A DNA stretch of 64,000 nucleotides from a virus (lineage: Duplodnaviria; Caudoviricetes). Positions 1 to 7,516 of the stretch are shown here, one piece after another. Within the stretch, counting starts at the first letter, position 1; each line of letters opens with the position of its first letter. The translations under genes and the position numbers were made by a program. Location: the IMG/VR virus record IMGVR_UViG_3300005611_000006; one strand, given 5' to 3'. Under the pieces are notes generated by a model. That model had not been told where the DNA came from, searched no databases, and saw only the letters and a program-made list of their open reading frames with translations.

Positions 1-1
1 A

Positions 2-547
2 AGAATTAATCTTACTGAAAAAATGAGAAAAAGAGATGCTGCAGCAAATGCGGCATTATCCCTAGCATTTGCTGCAAATGCTGCATCATCACCTGAAGCA
101 TTTCTTCGTTCTGGTCATATTGAAGGACCAGGATTTCAACTAATGTCCAGAATGATGAGAAAGAGAAAAGAAGCAGATAGAAATTTAGATAGTGAAAGAG
201 TGTCAGAACCAGCAAGAAATAAAAAGGAGAGACCAAAGATGAAAACCTTTGAAGAGTTTATGAGTGAAAAAACTGGGATGATGACGGGAGCCGTTGATGA
301 GGCATTTAAGCAAATGCCTGGGGAATTGATGAACAGACAAATTCAAAAATTAGAAAGAAGTAAATTAGATTTGAGGAAAGGAAGACAAACTGAGAAAAAA
401 AGATATAAAGAAATTGATTACGAAAAACAAATGAAAAGAATTCAATTAGCAGGAAAGCAAGATTATAATTCTAAAGGTGAATCATATAGTAAGTTTTATC
501 AAGACCCACTAAAAACTGGAAAGATTCGTGACCATAGATTTAGATAA
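2..547 (+). CDS. hypothetical basic protein, probably 5'-truncated by the window edge; possible head internal protein
   Basis: Frame is open from nt 2 (ORF track starts at 23). Internal MKTFEEFMSE at 239 resembles the T4 capsid-targeting sequence and is preceded by AAGGAG. Confidence 0.6.
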   Translation, partial: RINLTEKMRKRDAAANAALSLAFAANAASSPEAFLRSGHIEGPGFQLMSRMMRKRKEADRNLDSERVSEPARNKKERPKMKTFEEFMSEKTGMMTGAVDEAFKQMPGELMNRQIQKLERSKLDLRKGRQTEKKRYKEIDYEKQMKRIQLAGKQDYNSKGESYSKFYQDPLKTGKIRDHRFR

Positions 548-574
548 TACAACTAATGAGAATAATTAACGATT

Positions 575-730
575 ATGGAAAAAATTAATCTTACTGAAAA
601 TAAAGAAGAAAATATAGATTCTTCTAGATTAAATGAAATTGAAAACAGACTAAAAACACTTGAAAAAAGATTTGACAATCTTATTATGACACTTAAACTT
701 GAATTTTACGAGGGTGGAAAAATATGTTAA
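575..730 (+). CDS. hypothetical protein (51 aa)
   Basis: Translated by hand (MEKINLTENKEE...EFYEGGKIC); tiles the gap between neighbouring genes. Confidence 0.55.
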   Translation: MEKINLTENKEENIDSSRLNEIENRLKTLEKRFDNLIMTLKLEFYEGGKIC

Positions 731-867
731 TTACTACTATAGTAGTTGGACTCATTCAAATAGCACCTAATATTTGTAGAGTCGATATACTCAATCCAGA
801 TATGAGTATTGATGTATTTAATACAAAATGCGAAATTTTATTCGAGGAATCAATTTTAAAAATATGA
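724..867 (+). CDS. hypothetical protein (47 aa, hydrophobic N-terminus)
   Basis: Translated by hand (MLITTIVVGLIQIAPNICRV...); ATGA overlap with the next gene. Confidence 0.55.
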   Translation: MLITTIVVGLIQIAPNICRVDILNPDMSIDVFNTKCEILFEESILKI

Positions 868-1031
868 AAATAGAAATAATTTATCAAAACGGACATTATG
901 AATGGAAGTTTTGGGACGGACCAGATGGTATCGATTATTTTAGAGGAACGGCAAATTCAATTGGTCAAGCAATGGAACATATAATTGAAAAGAAAATTGA
1001 AAATGATAGGTACTACAAAGATACTCTATGA
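864..1031 (+). CDS. hypothetical protein
   Basis: ORF track 828..1031; start moved to ATG 864 (ATGA coupling at both ends). Confidence 0.65.
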   Translation: MKIEIIYQNGHYEWKFWDGPDGIDYFRGTANSIGQAMEHIIEKKIENDRYYKDTL

Positions 1032-1222
1032 AAACTTTATTTTTGTTTTCTTTTTTATTTTTTTGGGATACTTTAGATTTGACTAATAAAACTCCTTTAG
1101 AAAAGTTTTTGAATGAGTTTAACAGACAAAATGAAACTGGAGTATATGAAAAGGTAAAATCTTCTTGTTATGTTGAAGGAGAATTTTACAAAGTTTGTCC
1201 TGAATTTGAGGACACTTTCTAA
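1028..1222 (+). CDS. hypothetical protein
   Basis: ORF track; ATGA overlap; stop codon lies inside palindromic element copy 1. Confidence 0.6.
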   Translation: MKTLFLFSFLFFWDTLDLTNKTPLEKFLNEFNRQNETGVYEKVKSSCYVEGEFYKVCPEFEDTF

Positions 1223-1266
1223 ACCGTCCACTCTGCCCCTGACTCTGCCCCACTCTGCCCTATAAT
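1209..1266 (+). promoter_or_regulatory. palindromic element/promoter copy 1
   Basis: AGGACA-N10-CGTCCA (1209-1230), three copies of ACTCTGCCC, TATAAT at 1261. Confidence 0.75.
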
Positions 1267-1290
1267 GAGTAAGTCATCGAAAGGGAATCA

Positions 1291-1515
1291 ATGGAAATCC
1301 TTGAAATTCAAAATTCGTCTGCTGTGAAGAAAGTTTGCTTCGATTATGATGAGAATAAAGTTGGAGTTGCCTATACTTACAAGCAAGACAATTTTTACTT
1401 TTTTGGGTGTAATGACATTGAAGACTTTAAATCAAAAATTGCATCTGCTGAAAGTGTAGGTAAACTTATTTCTCAGAGTAAGAAAAATGGAACACTTCAA
1501 TCTATTGACATTTGA
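1291..1515 (+). CDS. KTSC-domain-like protein
   Basis: N-terminal SSAVKKVCFD..KVGVAY and C-terminal SVGK resemble the KTSC pattern; 74 aa. Confidence 0.55.
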   Translation: MEILEIQNSSAVKKVCFDYDENKVGVAYTYKQDNFYFFGCNDIEDFKSKIASAESVGKLISQSKKNGTLQSIDI

Positions 1516-1533
1516 GTCAATTTGAAATATAGT
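1505..1533 (+). promoter_or_regulatory. sigma70-type promoter for tRNA-Ser
   Basis: TTGACA-N17-TATAGT. Confidence 0.7.
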
Positions 1534-1541
1534 GATCATAT

Positions 1542-1626
1542 GGAGAGGTGACCGAGTGGATTAAGGTATCAGTCTTGAAAACTGCCGATGTGAAAGCATC
1601 CGTGGGTTCGAATCCCACCCTCTCCG
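1542..1626 (+). tRNA. trnS: tRNA-Ser(UGA)
   Basis: GGAGAGG/CCTCTCC acceptor stem, CT-TGA-AA anticodon loop, long variable arm, GGTTCGAATCC T-arm. Confidence 0.95.
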
Positions 1627-1654
1627 TTGACAATTATACTATATGTGGTATAAT
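1627..1654 (+). promoter_or_regulatory. sigma70-type promoter for tRNA-Val and the downstream ncRNA
   Basis: TTGACA-N16-TATAAT. Confidence 0.75.
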
Positions 1655-1663
1655 TGTCTTATC

Positions 1664-1735
1664 GGGTGAATAACTCAGTGGTAGAGTTCCTCCTTTACAC
1701 GGAGGCAGTCGGGGGTTCAAATCCCTCTTCACCCA
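1664..1735 (+). tRNA. trnV: tRNA-Val(UAC)
   Basis: GGGTGAA/TTCACCC acceptor stem, CCTCC-TT-TAC-AC-GGAGG anticodon arm, GGTTCAAATCC T-arm. Confidence 0.95.
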
Positions 1736-1758
1736 CTTGGAGATTGATCATCTCCATA

Positions 1759-1942
1759 GGGTATGACAGAATAGTTGGTGTGGTCAAGCACCCGACAATG
1801 TATAGTAAGGAAGGCTGTGGTGGCCGCCATATTACCTGGAGACAGGAGATATGAGAACTCATACCAAGAGTCCTGAAAGTTCAGAGGAAAACTTACATTA
1901 GTGAGACCCCTCTGTTGAAGGTATAATGTAATCCTTCTACCC
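1759..1942 (+). ncRNA. structured ncRNA with predicted pseudoknots (possibly manA-motif-like)
   Basis: Closing stem GGGTA/TACCC, several internal hairpins, long-range complements GGTATGA/TCATACC and TACATTA/TAATGTA. Lies between tRNAs with no credible ORF. Confidence 0.6.
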
Positions 1943-2013
1943 ACCCACAACCAAATACCTTGGGACGGATTGCCCCAAAATTGCAGGTTGGTTCACCTGC
2001 TTTATATAAACAA

Positions 2014-2090
2014 CGGAACGTAGCTCAGTTTGGTAGAGCACTCGCTTTGGGAGCGAGATGTCGCAGGTTCGAATCCTGTCGTTCCGACCA
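2014..2090 (+). tRNA. trnP: tRNA-Pro(UGG), CCA encoded
   Basis: CGGAACG/CGTTCCG acceptor stem, CTCGC-TT-TGG-GA-GCGAG anticodon arm, ends ACCA. Confidence 0.97.
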
Positions 2091-2104
2091 CTATTATCAT
2101 TTTT

Positions 2105-2284
2105 ATGAAAATTAATCTTTGGTATTCTAAGCATCTTCATCAATGGCGATGGACACTTTCTGATGATCGTGATAAAACTATTCAGGAATCGGGTCAACAA
2201 AATGATCTTCGCAATGCTATGAATGATGTAGCAAAAACTGTTGAATACATTTTAAGTAATTATAATTCTAATGATCCTCTGTAG
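2105..2284 (+). CDS. hypothetical protein (cyanophage-type MKINLWY...QWRWTL)
   Basis: ORF track 2030..2284; start moved to ATG 2105, downstream of tRNA-Pro. Confidence 0.7.
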   Translation: MKINLWYSKHLHQWRWTLSDDRDKTIQESGQQNDLRNAMNDVAKTVEYILSNYNSNDPL

Positions 2285-2346
2285 CACAGCGGTAGTGCAA
2301 ACGACTGTTAATCGTTGGGTCGCAGGTTCGAATCCTGCCGGGGGAG
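2275..2346 (+). tRNA. trnN: tRNA-Asn(GUU)
   Basis: TCCTCTG/CGGGGGA acceptor stem, CT-GTT-AA loop, GGTTCGAATCC T-arm. Confidence 0.95.
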
Positions 2347-2349
2347 TTA

Positions 2350-2430
2350 GCTTCAGTGGCGGAATGGTAGACGCAGCAGACTTAGAATCTGCCGCCAGTT
2401 GGCGTGGAAGTTCAAATCTTCTCTGGAGCA
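2350..2430 (+). tRNA. trnL: tRNA-Leu(UAG)
   Basis: GCTTCAG/CTGGAGC acceptor stem, GCAGA-CT-TAG-AA-TCTGC anticodon arm, variable arm. Confidence 0.93.
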
Positions 2431-2438
2431 CTACTAAA

Positions 2439-2496
2439 AGGACACTTAAAAAACTGGCACAGTCATCATTGATCCCGGCAAAATATGCTCTATACT
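2439..2496 (+). promoter_or_regulatory. palindromic element/promoter copy 2
   Basis: AGGACA-N10-TGGCAC (2439-2460), TTGATC at 2469, TATACT at 2491. Confidence 0.78.
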
Positions 2497-2516
2497 AAGG
2501 AGGTAATCAAACTTGT

Positions 2517-2663
2517 ATGAAACTTTCAACTCAATTTCTTTTAGGACTAATAGTAATCATTGGATTAAATTCATTTCTAGTAAAGAGAGATAGAGATCTA
2601 ATTCGAGCATACGAAGTATGCACTCAGTTCACTTATCATCCAGATTGCCCTTATCATCAATGA
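2517..2663 (+). CDS. small membrane protein (48 aa)
   Basis: Translated by hand (MKLSTQFLLGLIVIIGLNSFLVKRD...); upstream AAGGAGG; ATGA overlap with the next gene. Confidence 0.6.
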   Translation: MKLSTQFLLGLIVIIGLNSFLVKRDRDLIRAYEVCTQFTYHPDCPYHQ

Positions 2664-2860
2664 AAACAAAAAAGAAATTCGTTAATGTTGAGCCTATTTC
2701 AGAAAAAGCAAGGTTTAGGTTTATTACTGAAATGAATTATTTTCACGCTTGTGAGGTTAAAGAAGAGAAAGATGATATGTATTTTGTTTGTTCTTTGAAT
2801 AAGCAATACTATATGTGGTTACCAAAAAAAGGTAATGATCACTGGAAAGTTATAAAATAA
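2660..2860 (+). CDS. hypothetical protein
   Basis: ORF track 2618..2860; start moved to ATG 2660 (MKTKKKFVNVEP). Confidence 0.7.
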   Translation: MKTKKKFVNVEPISEKARFRFITEMNYFHACEVKEEKDDMYFVCSLNKQYYMWLPKKGNDHWKVIK

Positions 2861-2868
2861 TATAAATA
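2861..2868 (+). promoter_or_regulatory. T4-type late (gp55) promoter
   Basis: TATAAATA upstream of ORF 2893. Confidence 0.65.
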
Positions 2869-2892
2869 TTCCTAGAAGAATAAAAAACTAAA

Positions 2893-3399
2893 ATGGATTC
2901 TAATAATCTCATCAAAAGTTTAACAGAAGCATATCTTGATGTTTATACATCTGATGAAGAAATTGGTGAAGCAACTTCTAATGAAACGGTTGAAGAAAAC
3001 AGTGGATATAATATGGATAAAATTAAGAAGGATCCTCTTGCTTCAATGACTCCTGCAACATTCTTGAAAAATAAAGAGGCAGGACAACAATTTGCATCAC
3101 CTAGAAGAAAAGGTCCTGGTGGTGGTAGAATTCCTTCAAGTCTTGCTCCTTCAAGAACTGCTGCAAATGTTGCAGATATTACTAAAGGAAGTGAGAGAAA
3201 CATTTCAAGATCACGTAGACTTCCTACTGATCCAAAGAGAACCAAAATGGTTAAAAAAGATGGTAAGTGGATGAAGGAAGCATTCGATATTGTACTTGAA
3301 CATCTTCTTGATGAAGGTTATGCAGATAATCAAGAAGCAGCAGTAAAAATTATGGCAAATATGAGTGAAGAATGGGTTAATAGCATTCTTGTTGACTGA
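2893..3399 (+). CDS. late-expressed hypothetical protein, possible head internal protein
   Basis: Late promoter upstream. C-terminal FDIVLEHLLDEGYA...IMANMSEEW module of a kind seen in cyanophage proteins. Candidate gp21 cleavage sites (LTE, IGE). Confidence 0.7.
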   Translation: MDSNNLIKSLTEAYLDVYTSDEEIGEATSNETVEENSGYNMDKIKKDPLASMTPATFLKNKEAGQQFASPRRKGPGGGRIPSSLAPSRTAANVADITKGSERNISRSRRLPTDPKRTKMVKKDGKWMKEAFDIVLEHLLDEGYADNQEAAVKIMANMSEEWVNSILVD

Positions 3400-3456
3400 G
3401 GACACTCTATAAAGTGCCACACAGACCCCTCCGGGGGTCTTTTTTTATGCTATAGT
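3399..3456 (+). promoter_or_regulatory. palindromic element/promoter copy 3
   Basis: AGGACA-N10-TGCCAC (3399-3420), TATAGT at 3451. Confidence 0.75.
3423..3446 (+). terminator. intrinsic terminator embedded in promoter copy 3
   Basis: AGACCCC/GGGGTCT stem followed by a T-tract. Confidence 0.8.
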
Positions 3457-3470
3457 TTACTCGTAAACAA

Positions 3471-3704
3471 ATGAGACAGATGACTTCTTTCACACCAGAA
3501 ACAATCTCAGTTGAATTTACTGAATGTGAACTTCAAGATCTTCGTATTGCAATGATGGATTATACGTCAAAGTGGATGAATTATCATTCAGATTGTATTT
3601 TAGGTGTAGCACCAAAAAATATGAGTGAAGAGGGAGCACGTCTTTGTTATGAAGATGCAAGAAAACTCCAAGAACGTATTATTGTACTTTCTAAGAATTT
3701 TTGA
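3471..3704 (+). CDS. hypothetical protein
   Basis: ORF track; first gene after copy 3. Confidence 0.7.
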   Translation: MRQMTSFTPETISVEFTECELQDLRIAMMDYTSKWMNYHSDCILGVAPKNMSEEGARLCYEDARKLQERIIVLSKNF

Positions 3705-3868
3705 TGAAACAAATTAAAATTGAAAGGATCGTAGAAGACATTGAAAGAAACCTTAAAATAGGTAAGAAATCACTTGAGGATAACGAAAAAAGTTATCCTT
3801 ATGTTGCTGGATTCTATGAAGCAACATTGAAAACTATTTCCTTTATGCTTTCTCAGGAGATTAAATGA
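3704..3868 (+). CDS. hypothetical protein (54 aa)
   Basis: Translated by hand (MKQIKIERIVED...YPYVAGFYEATL); TGATG and ATGA coupling. Confidence 0.6.
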   Translation: MKQIKIERIVEDIERNLKIGKKSLEDNEKSYPYVAGFYEATLKTISFMLSQEIK

Positions 3869-4134
3869 CTTTTTCTAATCTTTCTAAGATCAAACCAAAA
3901 CTTCGCACACAAGGTAGGTTATCTGGTAATTTTGGAAAGTCAAAAGTAAAAGCAGGTTCATCATTAAGTCAAATTGGAGTTACTAAAGCAAAAGTCGTGA
4001 AAGTTACAACACAAGACGAATATCTCAATCGCCTTTACACTGCTTTTGATAAAGCAGAAGATTCTAAATTAAAAGGATTTCTTTATGAAGAGATTCGTAA
4101 AATTCTTGTTCAACGAGGTCAGTGGTCAAAATGA
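3865..4134 (+). CDS. hypothetical basic protein
   Basis: ORF track; CAGGAG RBS. Confidence 0.75.
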   Translation: MTFSNLSKIKPKLRTQGRLSGNFGKSKVKAGSSLSQIGVTKAKVVKVTTQDEYLNRLYTAFDKAEDSKLKGFLYEEIRKILVQRGQWSK

Positions 4135-4385
4135 GTTCTATGTCTGAAATTCAAAAAGCATATGATATTCTCAATGCAGTTGTTCAAAAAGAAAATGGAC
4201 TGCACTTGATGGATATGACAATTTATTCATCTGATGTTGATATTATTCAATATGAGATTCTTCCAGTTCTTGAAAGTATTATTGATTATGAACCCTCAGA
4301 TGAAGAATTGTGTGGAGAACCTTCAATTACAATGAATGAAATGCATAGTGCTGCTCATAAGAGGCACATTGAGATGCATTCTTAA
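4131..4385 (+). CDS. hypothetical protein
   Basis: ORF track 4122..4385; ATGA-coupled start at 4131. Confidence 0.7.
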   Translation: MSSMSEIQKAYDILNAVVQKENGLHLMDMTIYSSDVDIIQYEILPVLESIIDYEPSDEELCGEPSITMNEMHSAAHKRHIEMHS

Positions 4386-4394
4386 CAATAATGT

Positions 4395-4452
4395 GTGCCA
4401 CTTGTAGAACTGGCACAGTGTGCTTGACTTGAGGCGGATAATCCCTTATATT
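4395..4452 (+). promoter_or_regulatory. palindromic element/promoter copy 4
   Basis: GTGCCA-CTTGTAGAAC-TGGCAC, then TTGACT-N17-TATATT. Confidence 0.85.
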
Positions 4453-4475
4453 AGGAGGGTAGTCAAGTCAAGCAG

Positions 4476-4613
4476 ATGACTTCAATTCGATTCACTTACG
4501 ACATTCAAACTCAAGAAAAAGTTTATGTTGTGGTTAAGAAGAATAAATATGTTTTAACCAATTCAATTACGAATGCAATTCGTATATCCCAAAATGAAAA
4601 ACAAGAAAATTAA
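4476..4613 (+). CDS. hypothetical protein (45 aa)
   Basis: Translated by hand (MTSIRFTYDIQTQEKVYVVV...); first gene after copy 4. Confidence 0.55.
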   Translation: MTSIRFTYDIQTQEKVYVVVKKNKYVLTNSITNAIRISQNEKQEN

Positions 4614-4734
4614 TAAACCAATAAAAGAAGACAGTGAAATGTCTTTAGGTGAATTAATTGACACTCCAAAGTTCCAAAAAGAACTTTATAAGTGTTCTCC
4701 TTGTAACTGTTCAAAATCTTCTAAACAAGTCTAA
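4594..4734 (+). CDS. hypothetical protein (46 aa)
   Basis: Translated by hand (MKNKKINKPIKED...CSPCNCSKSSKQV). Confidence 0.4.
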   Translation: MKNKKINKPIKEDSEMSLGELIDTPKFQKELYKCSPCNCSKSSKQV

Positions 4735-4768
4735 TCTAAATCTTGATTTTTACAATTCTTATTTCAAA

Positions 4769-5002
4769 ATGAATTTCAAACTTTCTATTCAAGAATACGA
4801 AAAGCAACTTAAGATTGCAAAGAAAAAATATGACAAACTTTGCAAACAATATAAAAGATGTAAAAGTGCTTATCAAGCAGAAATGATTTCAGAAGATTTG
4901 GAGGACACACGTCAAGACGTTATTGAACTTCAAATTATTGTTAATGAGATTAGGCAAGAGAAAAAACTTCACGAATGTGATTCTTCTCAATTTGTTTACT
5001 GA
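4769..5002 (+). CDS. hypothetical coiled-coil protein
   Basis: ORF track 4658..5002; start moved to ATG 4769. Confidence 0.65.
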   Translation: MNFKLSIQEYEKQLKIAKKKYDKLCKQYKRCKSAYQAEMISEDLEDTRQDVIELQIIVNEIRQEKKLHECDSSQFVY

Positions 5003-5024
5003 TCACTTATCTACGAAAAAAATT

Positions 5025-5276
5025 ATGAATGACATTAATCTTTCTGGTGTGTTTCTAACTGCTGAAGAGCACGGTTGTGTTTATACAGTTGACTCTGAAG
5101 GTGAATTGTTTTATACACCATTATATCAAGATGGTAGTGCAAATCTTGAAGAGTTTGATTTTGTAGATTTTGAAGAAAGTGATGCTGGTGATGAACAACT
5201 TGAAGAAATTCAAGAAGTTCTTTGTAAAATGATGCAAGTTGCAGGTCTTTATTTTAGACCTGCTGTGCCAGTCTAA
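5025..5276 (+). CDS. acidic hypothetical protein
   Basis: ORF track 4923..5276; start moved to ATG 5025; stop codon inside element copy 5. Confidence 0.7.
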   Translation: MNDINLSGVFLTAEEHGCVYTVDSEGELFYTPLYQDGSANLEEFDFVDFEESDAGDEQLEEIQEVLCKMMQVAGLYFRPAVPV

Positions 5277-5322
5277 AAACTGGCACAAAACGCTTGCCAA
5301 GGCACCCAGATGGTGCTATATT
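5265..5322 (+). promoter_or_regulatory. palindromic element/promoter copy 5
   Basis: GTGCCA-N10-TGGCAC, then TTGCCA-N17-TATATT, GCACC/GGTGC hairpin in the spacer. Confidence 0.85.
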
Positions 5323-5349
5323 AAAAAAGTCGATCAAAGGAGTTATTCA

Positions 5350-5496
5350 ATGTCTTCCAATGAAATGGTTCTTCACGATGATTATGAATCATTTGCCAGT
5401 TATCTTGGTGTCGATTACGACGACTATTATGAAATGATCAATGATTTGAATCTTGAATCTGAAGAGATAGAGATTGAATACTCCTTGACTATTTGA
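5350..5496 (+). CDS. very acidic small protein
   Basis: ATG 5350 after AAGGAG; rich in D, E and Y. Confidence 0.7.
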   Translation: MSSNEMVLHDDYESFASYLGVDYDDYYEMINDLNLESEEIEIEYSLTI

Positions 5497-5530
5497 TTAA
5501 ATAATAATAGAACATTTTCCTCTTGGAACA

Positions 5531-5656
5531 ATGAGCACTCCTAATTGGATTCATAATTCTGGAAAGAAAAAGAATCCCCGAGGAGTGTCTAAGGGGAAAC
5601 TTAAATCTCGCAAACAATCTCTTAATCATTTCAAAAGAAAGTACAAATCAAAATGA
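5531..5656 (+). CDS. small basic protein (41 aa)
   Basis: Translated by hand (MSTPNWIHNSGKKKNPRGVSKGKLKSRK...); ATGA overlap with the next gene. Confidence 0.6.
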   Translation: MSTPNWIHNSGKKKNPRGVSKGKLKSRKQSLNHFKRKYKSK

Positions 5657-6093
5657 CTGAATTTGCAGATTTTGTTGCTACAAAACCCAACACAACTTTA
5701 CGAATGGAAAAGGTGATTGACTTGATTGAAAAGTTTTGCGATGTTCTTCGCACAAACTATCAAGAGTACGCAATCTATCAGCATCGTCGTCATATTCTAC
5801 AAAATGATAATGTAGAGTATCATCAAAAGCAAATTGATGAACTTTGTGAAGGTGAAGGTGTGGATAAGTTTGTGTATGAAAAAGGTCGTAAGTACGCAAA
5901 GATTATTCATATCACTAATGCTGGTAATCGAAGTGCTCACGCATTCGTAGATATGAAAACAGGTGATGTATATAAATCTGCAAGTTGGAAATCTCCTGCA
6001 AAGGGAATTCGATATAATCTTCTAGATGAAAAATCTAGAACTGAAATGTATAAGCGTGCAGACTGGGCAGGTTCTTATCTTTATAACAAATGA
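5653..6093 (+). CDS. conserved phage hypothetical protein
   Basis: Motif GRKYAKI...AHAFVD..TGDVYKSASWKSPAKG.RYNL, familiar from phage proteins. Confidence 0.8.
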   Translation: MTEFADFVATKPNTTLRMEKVIDLIEKFCDVLRTNYQEYAIYQHRRHILQNDNVEYHQKQIDELCEGEGVDKFVYEKGRKYAKIIHITNAGNRSAHAFVDMKTGDVYKSASWKSPAKGIRYNLLDEKSRTEMYKRADWAGSYLYNK

Positions 6094-6278
6094 AAGAAGA
6101 ATTCTATGATGGTCTAGAAATCAACTATCAAGGTCAAAATGGCACTGTACGTTTTGTTTGTGATTCTTATATTACAATGTGCATTCATTTAGATGAATTA
6201 AGATTCAGAGATGTTTGTATTGTAATACCTTCAGAAAGATACTCTGAAATTAAACTCAAAAAACAATCTGACAAATGA
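6090..6278 (+). CDS. hypothetical protein
   Basis: ORF track; ATGA coupling at both ends. Confidence 0.7.
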   Translation: MKEEFYDGLEINYQGQNGTVRFVCDSYITMCIHLDELRFRDVCIVIPSERYSEIKLKKQSDK

Positions 6279-6775
6279 CTCCTGAACAAAAGTTTCAACA
6301 ACTCTTTGAAGAAATGTATTCGCTTTGCGATGAACAGGGTTGGGGTGATCCTTTTTCTTACGCAAGATCTAGAGAAATTCATATGGCAGGAGTTCTGAAG
6401 CATCAAATTGCAAAAGAATATAGTGGTGCTGATGCTTATGACGAAGAAGGTGGAGCAGAATATAAATCTACTATTGCAAAAACTATAAATGCAACCTATA
6501 ATGGAATTAGTGTTCAAGACACTTGGGAAGATCAAGAAAGATATTTGATAGAAGATAAAATTGGTAAATATAAGAACCACTATTATGCACGCTATGAAGG
6601 TGGTAAAATTGTAGAAGTTTGGAAGTTAGATTGTAATGATGTACTTGCTATTATTCTTCCTAAAGCAAAGAAACAATATCCTAAGAAAAAGAATGGTAAT
6701 GCAAAAGATCCTCGTATCGGTGTTACTATCTCTAAGACAGAAATTTATTCAGTTGGAACCTGTATTTTTGGATGA
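6275..6775 (+). CDS. putative PD-(D/E)xK restriction-endonuclease-like protein
   Basis: Catalytic-like arrangement RE...GADA-x6-AEYKS; immediately upstream of a methyltransferase. Confidence 0.55.
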   Translation: MTPEQKFQQLFEEMYSLCDEQGWGDPFSYARSREIHMAGVLKHQIAKEYSGADAYDEEGGAEYKSTIAKTINATYNGISVQDTWEDQERYLIEDKIGKYKNHYYARYEGGKIVEVWKLDCNDVLAIILPKAKKQYPKKKNGNAKDPRIGVTISKTEIYSVGTCIFG

Positions 6776-6778
6776 ACT

Positions 6779-7327
6779 ATGATAAACTCTAAAAAAATTA
6801 TGTATTCCTCAGGAAATAATGATGAATCATATACTCCTGATTATGGTGTAAAACCAATTCTAAAATATATCCCTAAAGATGCTGTTGTTTGGTGTCCATT
6901 CGATACTGAAGAAAGCGAATTTGTAAAACAAATTGGGGAGCAGAATGAAGTAATATATTCTCATATTCAAGATGGATCTGACTTTTTAACTTATGAACCA
7001 GAGTTTCATAAGTGGGATGTAATTGTATCAAATCCACCTTTTACAAATAAAAGAAAATACTTTGAACGAGCATTATCTTTTAACAAACCATTTGCATTAA
7101 TTATGACAAATACTTGGTTGAATGATTCTGCACCAAAGCAAATATTTAAGGATAGAGATCTACAACTTCTGATGTTTGATAAAAGGATGAAATTTAATAA
7201 TCCAGATGGTAGACCTAACGATAAGATTACATTTAGTAGTAGTTATTATTGTTGGAATTTTCTTCCGAAACAAATCATAATGGAAAATCTCGATGTGCCA
7301 ACTAAGAAAGCGGCACAAACCACTTGA
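6779..7327 (+). CDS. DNA N6-adenine methyltransferase (small phage type)
   Basis: DESYTP, VWCPFD, DFL and DVIVSNPPF (motif IV). Confidence 0.8.
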   Translation: MINSKKIMYSSGNNDESYTPDYGVKPILKYIPKDAVVWCPFDTEESEFVKQIGEQNEVIYSHIQDGSDFLTYEPEFHKWDVIVSNPPFTNKRKYFERALSFNKPFALIMTNTWLNDSAPKQIFKDRDLQLLMFDKRMKFNNPDGRPNDKITFSSSYYCWNFLPKQIIMENLDVPTKKAAQTT

Positions 7328-7352
7328 CTTCTCAGTCAATCCTCTGTATAGT
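7295..7352 (+). promoter_or_regulatory. palindromic element/promoter copy 6
   Basis: GTGCCA-N10-CGGCAC, then TTGACT-N17-TATAGT. Confidence 0.85.
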
Positions 7353-7374
7353 TACGAAGTAATCAAAAAACAAA

Positions 7375-7509
7375 ATGCACGAATCCACACTCGATCTTTT
7401 TTGTGACCAAGACGATGATAAATTTGCTGAAGAGTTTTGGTTGGAAATTGAAAGGAAAGCAGCAGAACTAGAAGTTACTGTTGATTATTATATGATGGAG
7501 TTTATGTGA
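7375..7509 (+). CDS. small acidic protein (44 aa)
   Basis: Translated by hand (MHESTLDLFCDQDDDKFAEEFWLEIERKAAELEVTVDYYMMEFM). Confidence 0.7.
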   Translation: MHESTLDLFCDQDDDKFAEEFWLEIERKAAELEVTVDYYMMEFM

Positions 7510-7516
7510 TTCCATT

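Noticed and set aside
4-600. 18-nt match AATTAATCTTACTGAAAA at 4-21 and 583-600
   Set aside because: It is a single AT-rich match inside coding sequence with no supporting context.
1654-2498. ORF-track entries 1654..1854, 1729..1950, 1937..2200 and 2271..2498
   Set aside because: They overlap clear tRNAs or the structured RNA and are most likely spurious.
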